64,000 nt of DNA, from positions 15,595,873-15,659,872 of the forward strand of contig NC_083409.1 of assembly GCF_020745735.1 (NCBI RefSeq), read 5' to 3'. The DNA is from Hemiscyllium ocellatum. Taxonomy: Eukaryota. Positions 61,727-64,000 of this stretch are shown piece after piece. Both the position numbers and the translations under genes were made by a program. The first letter of the stretch is position 1; every line of letters begins with the position of its first letter. The notes under the pieces were generated by a model. The model was not told where the DNA came from and did not search any database. It was given only the letters and a program-made list of their open reading frames with translations.

Positions 61727-63169
61727 TTTATCTCAAGAGGGTTGGAATGTAAAATGAGATGTGCTACTGAGACTTTATAAAGCTCTGGTTAGGCCCCATT
61801 TAGTCCACTTTTGTGCCCCACACCTCAGGAAGGACATATTGACACTGGACCGTGTCCAGTGGAGATTCACATGGGTGAGCCCTGGAATGGTAATCCTAAT
61901 ATATGATGAATGGCTGAGGATCTTGGGATTGTATTCATTCGACTTTAGAAGGGGAGATCTAATAGAAACTTACAAGATGATGCATGGTTTTGAAAGGGTG
62001 GATGCTGGGAAATTGTTTCCATTAGGTGGGAGTACTAGGACCCGAGGGCACAGCCTTAGAGTTAGAGGGGGTCAGTTTAAAACATAACTGAGGAGACATT
62101 TCTTCAGCTAGAGAGTGATGGGCCTTTGGAATTCATTGCCACAGAGCGCAGTGGCGGCTGAAATATTAAATGTCTTCAAGGCAGAGATTGATAAATTCTT
62201 AATCTTGGACAGAATTAAGGGCTACAGGGAGAGTGCGGGTAACTGTCCTTCAATGCCCATCACCCATGATTGAATGACGGAGTGGACTCGATGGGCCAAA
62301 TGGCCTTACTTCCACTCCTTTGTCTTATGGTCTAATGTGGAGCTGAGTCCATGAAAAGATCAGCCATGATCTTATTGAATGGCAGAGCAGGGTTGAAGGG
62401 ACAGATGGCCTACTCCTGCTCCTAGTTCTTATGTTCTTATGTTCCTTGGGAGTACTGAGGAACAAAAGGACCTTGGTGTACAACTCCATCAATCCCGGAA
62501 GTTATCAGCATAGCTAGACAGGGTGGTGAAGAAGGCATATGGGATGCCCTATTCCCAGCTGAGAAGGTTGTATAGAGAGGGTTTGTTGTATGTCATTCTT
62601 GTATAAAATTGATTTGTTAAAAGGATGTTGACAAGAACTCACTGATAACTAGAACTAAGCGAGTTTCTGTATTTATCACACCTAATGGATTATACCCAAT
62701 GGCAAGTTTTGCTCTGTGGACTTAACAACTCTCCAGTCACATTTGAATGATTATTGTGAAAGTGAACAAGGTCACACTCCCCCACATTACACTCCATCTG
62801 CCCAATATTTCTTCAAAGCCCAGCTGTATCTAATATTCAGCAGGATGGATCTTCACTGAGAAACAGCCATTTGTAACTAGAATAATGATATCTCTGAGAA
62901 TCGCATTTATAATTATTTTATTGAAGCTTTCATTAGGTCTGTGTTGATTGACACAATGCTCTGGTTTGGGCTTTGCTGTCTGTACAAACCATCTGTAATG
63001 TCTTTGCTGCAATGGTTCACATTTACATCATCAAACTCACACTCCAAATATCCCGTCATTATTCTCCATGGGATTCACTGGCATTGGCTCAGATCGAACT
63101 CCCAGCAGCTGCAATGGAGGGAGGGATACGGCTTAGAGAGCAAGAGATGGAGCACAGGGACAGAGAGAG

Positions 63170-63207
<38 letters not shown>

Positions 63208-64000
63208 CACTAAGAGAGAGGGGGATAGAGCTTGGACAGAGAAAGAGGAATGGAACTCAGAGTGAGATCTATGCAGCTGAGTTAGAGAGGGGTGGGGAGA
63301 GAGAATGAGTGAGAGAGATGGAGTCAAGGAGTTCTATGTCAAAGATAAATTATACTCTGTTAAAGATTGCACTGGATGAATGCTGACTCTCTGACTCTAT
63401 GAACACTACCCACAAAGCTGTCTAACTTTGTGTCATTAGCAAACTAGAGTATCTGACTTTCTATGCCATTATCCAATGCATTAATAAATAATGTAAATAA
63501 TTGAGGTGTGCGCACACATTCCTATTGGACACCACTGGTCACATCCTGCCAATTTCAGCACTTATCCATGATCCCTATTTTCTGTCACCTGTCAACCAAT
63601 TTCGGTATGGCAGTATTTTAGCCTCAATTCTGTGGATTTCTAACTGAGTTGAACAGTTTCTTACATGGGATTTTATCAAATGCCTTCTGGAAGTGCCTAT
63701 AAACAACATCCATTGACATTACTGTGTCCAGTAATTTTGTTTCCTCTTCAAAAATGTTCAATGAGTTTTTTTCACCATGACCAACTTGTCATGAATCCAT
63801 GCTGATTCTCCCTGATTAACTGACCATTTTCAAGGTCTTCAGTTACCCCCATCCTTGATTATAGACAGCAACAATTTCCACACCACAAACGTTGGCTTCG
63901 TGACCTGTAATTCCCTGGTTTTTCTCTAACATTCTTGTTAAATGTGAAATGAAATTTGCAATTTTCCAATTCAGAAGTACGACTCCTGAATCCAGGTAAC

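Larger units (their letters stand above)
41442..64000. repeat. Segmental duplication, copy 2 (paralog of 16534-40380)
   Basis: Starts TCTCTGTCTTCC.GG.TTGTGTCCAGC (=16534) and ends GACTCCTGAATCCAG.TAAC (=40380). Confidence 0.95.

Overview
Cartilaginous-fish (shark-type) genomic DNA containing an immunoglobulin kappa-type (type III / NS4-like) light-chain cluster on the minus strand. The cluster reads: promoter, leader, V and 12-RSS (17.5-16.9 kb); 23-RSS and J (16.4 kb); an ~8.7-kb intron; then an intact C exon (7633-7305). This V is a pseudogene (Cys23->Trp, in-frame TGA, TACAGTG heptamer), while J and C are intact. J appears to splice through a GC donor. After a 200-N assembly gap (41242-41441), a paralogous copy of the V and ~23 kb of its 5' flank follows (41442-64000, matching 16534-40380). 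Its V is frameshifted, and its J/C are not assembled. Most of the remainder is transposon debris: an RT-deleted L1, many CR1/L2 LINE fragments, HE1-type SINEs, a Gmr1-like LTR element and Penelope-like elements with hammerhead cores and fold-back junctions. Ig segment coordinates were read base by base. Repeat boundaries are approximate and family names come from recognised motifs, not database searches.
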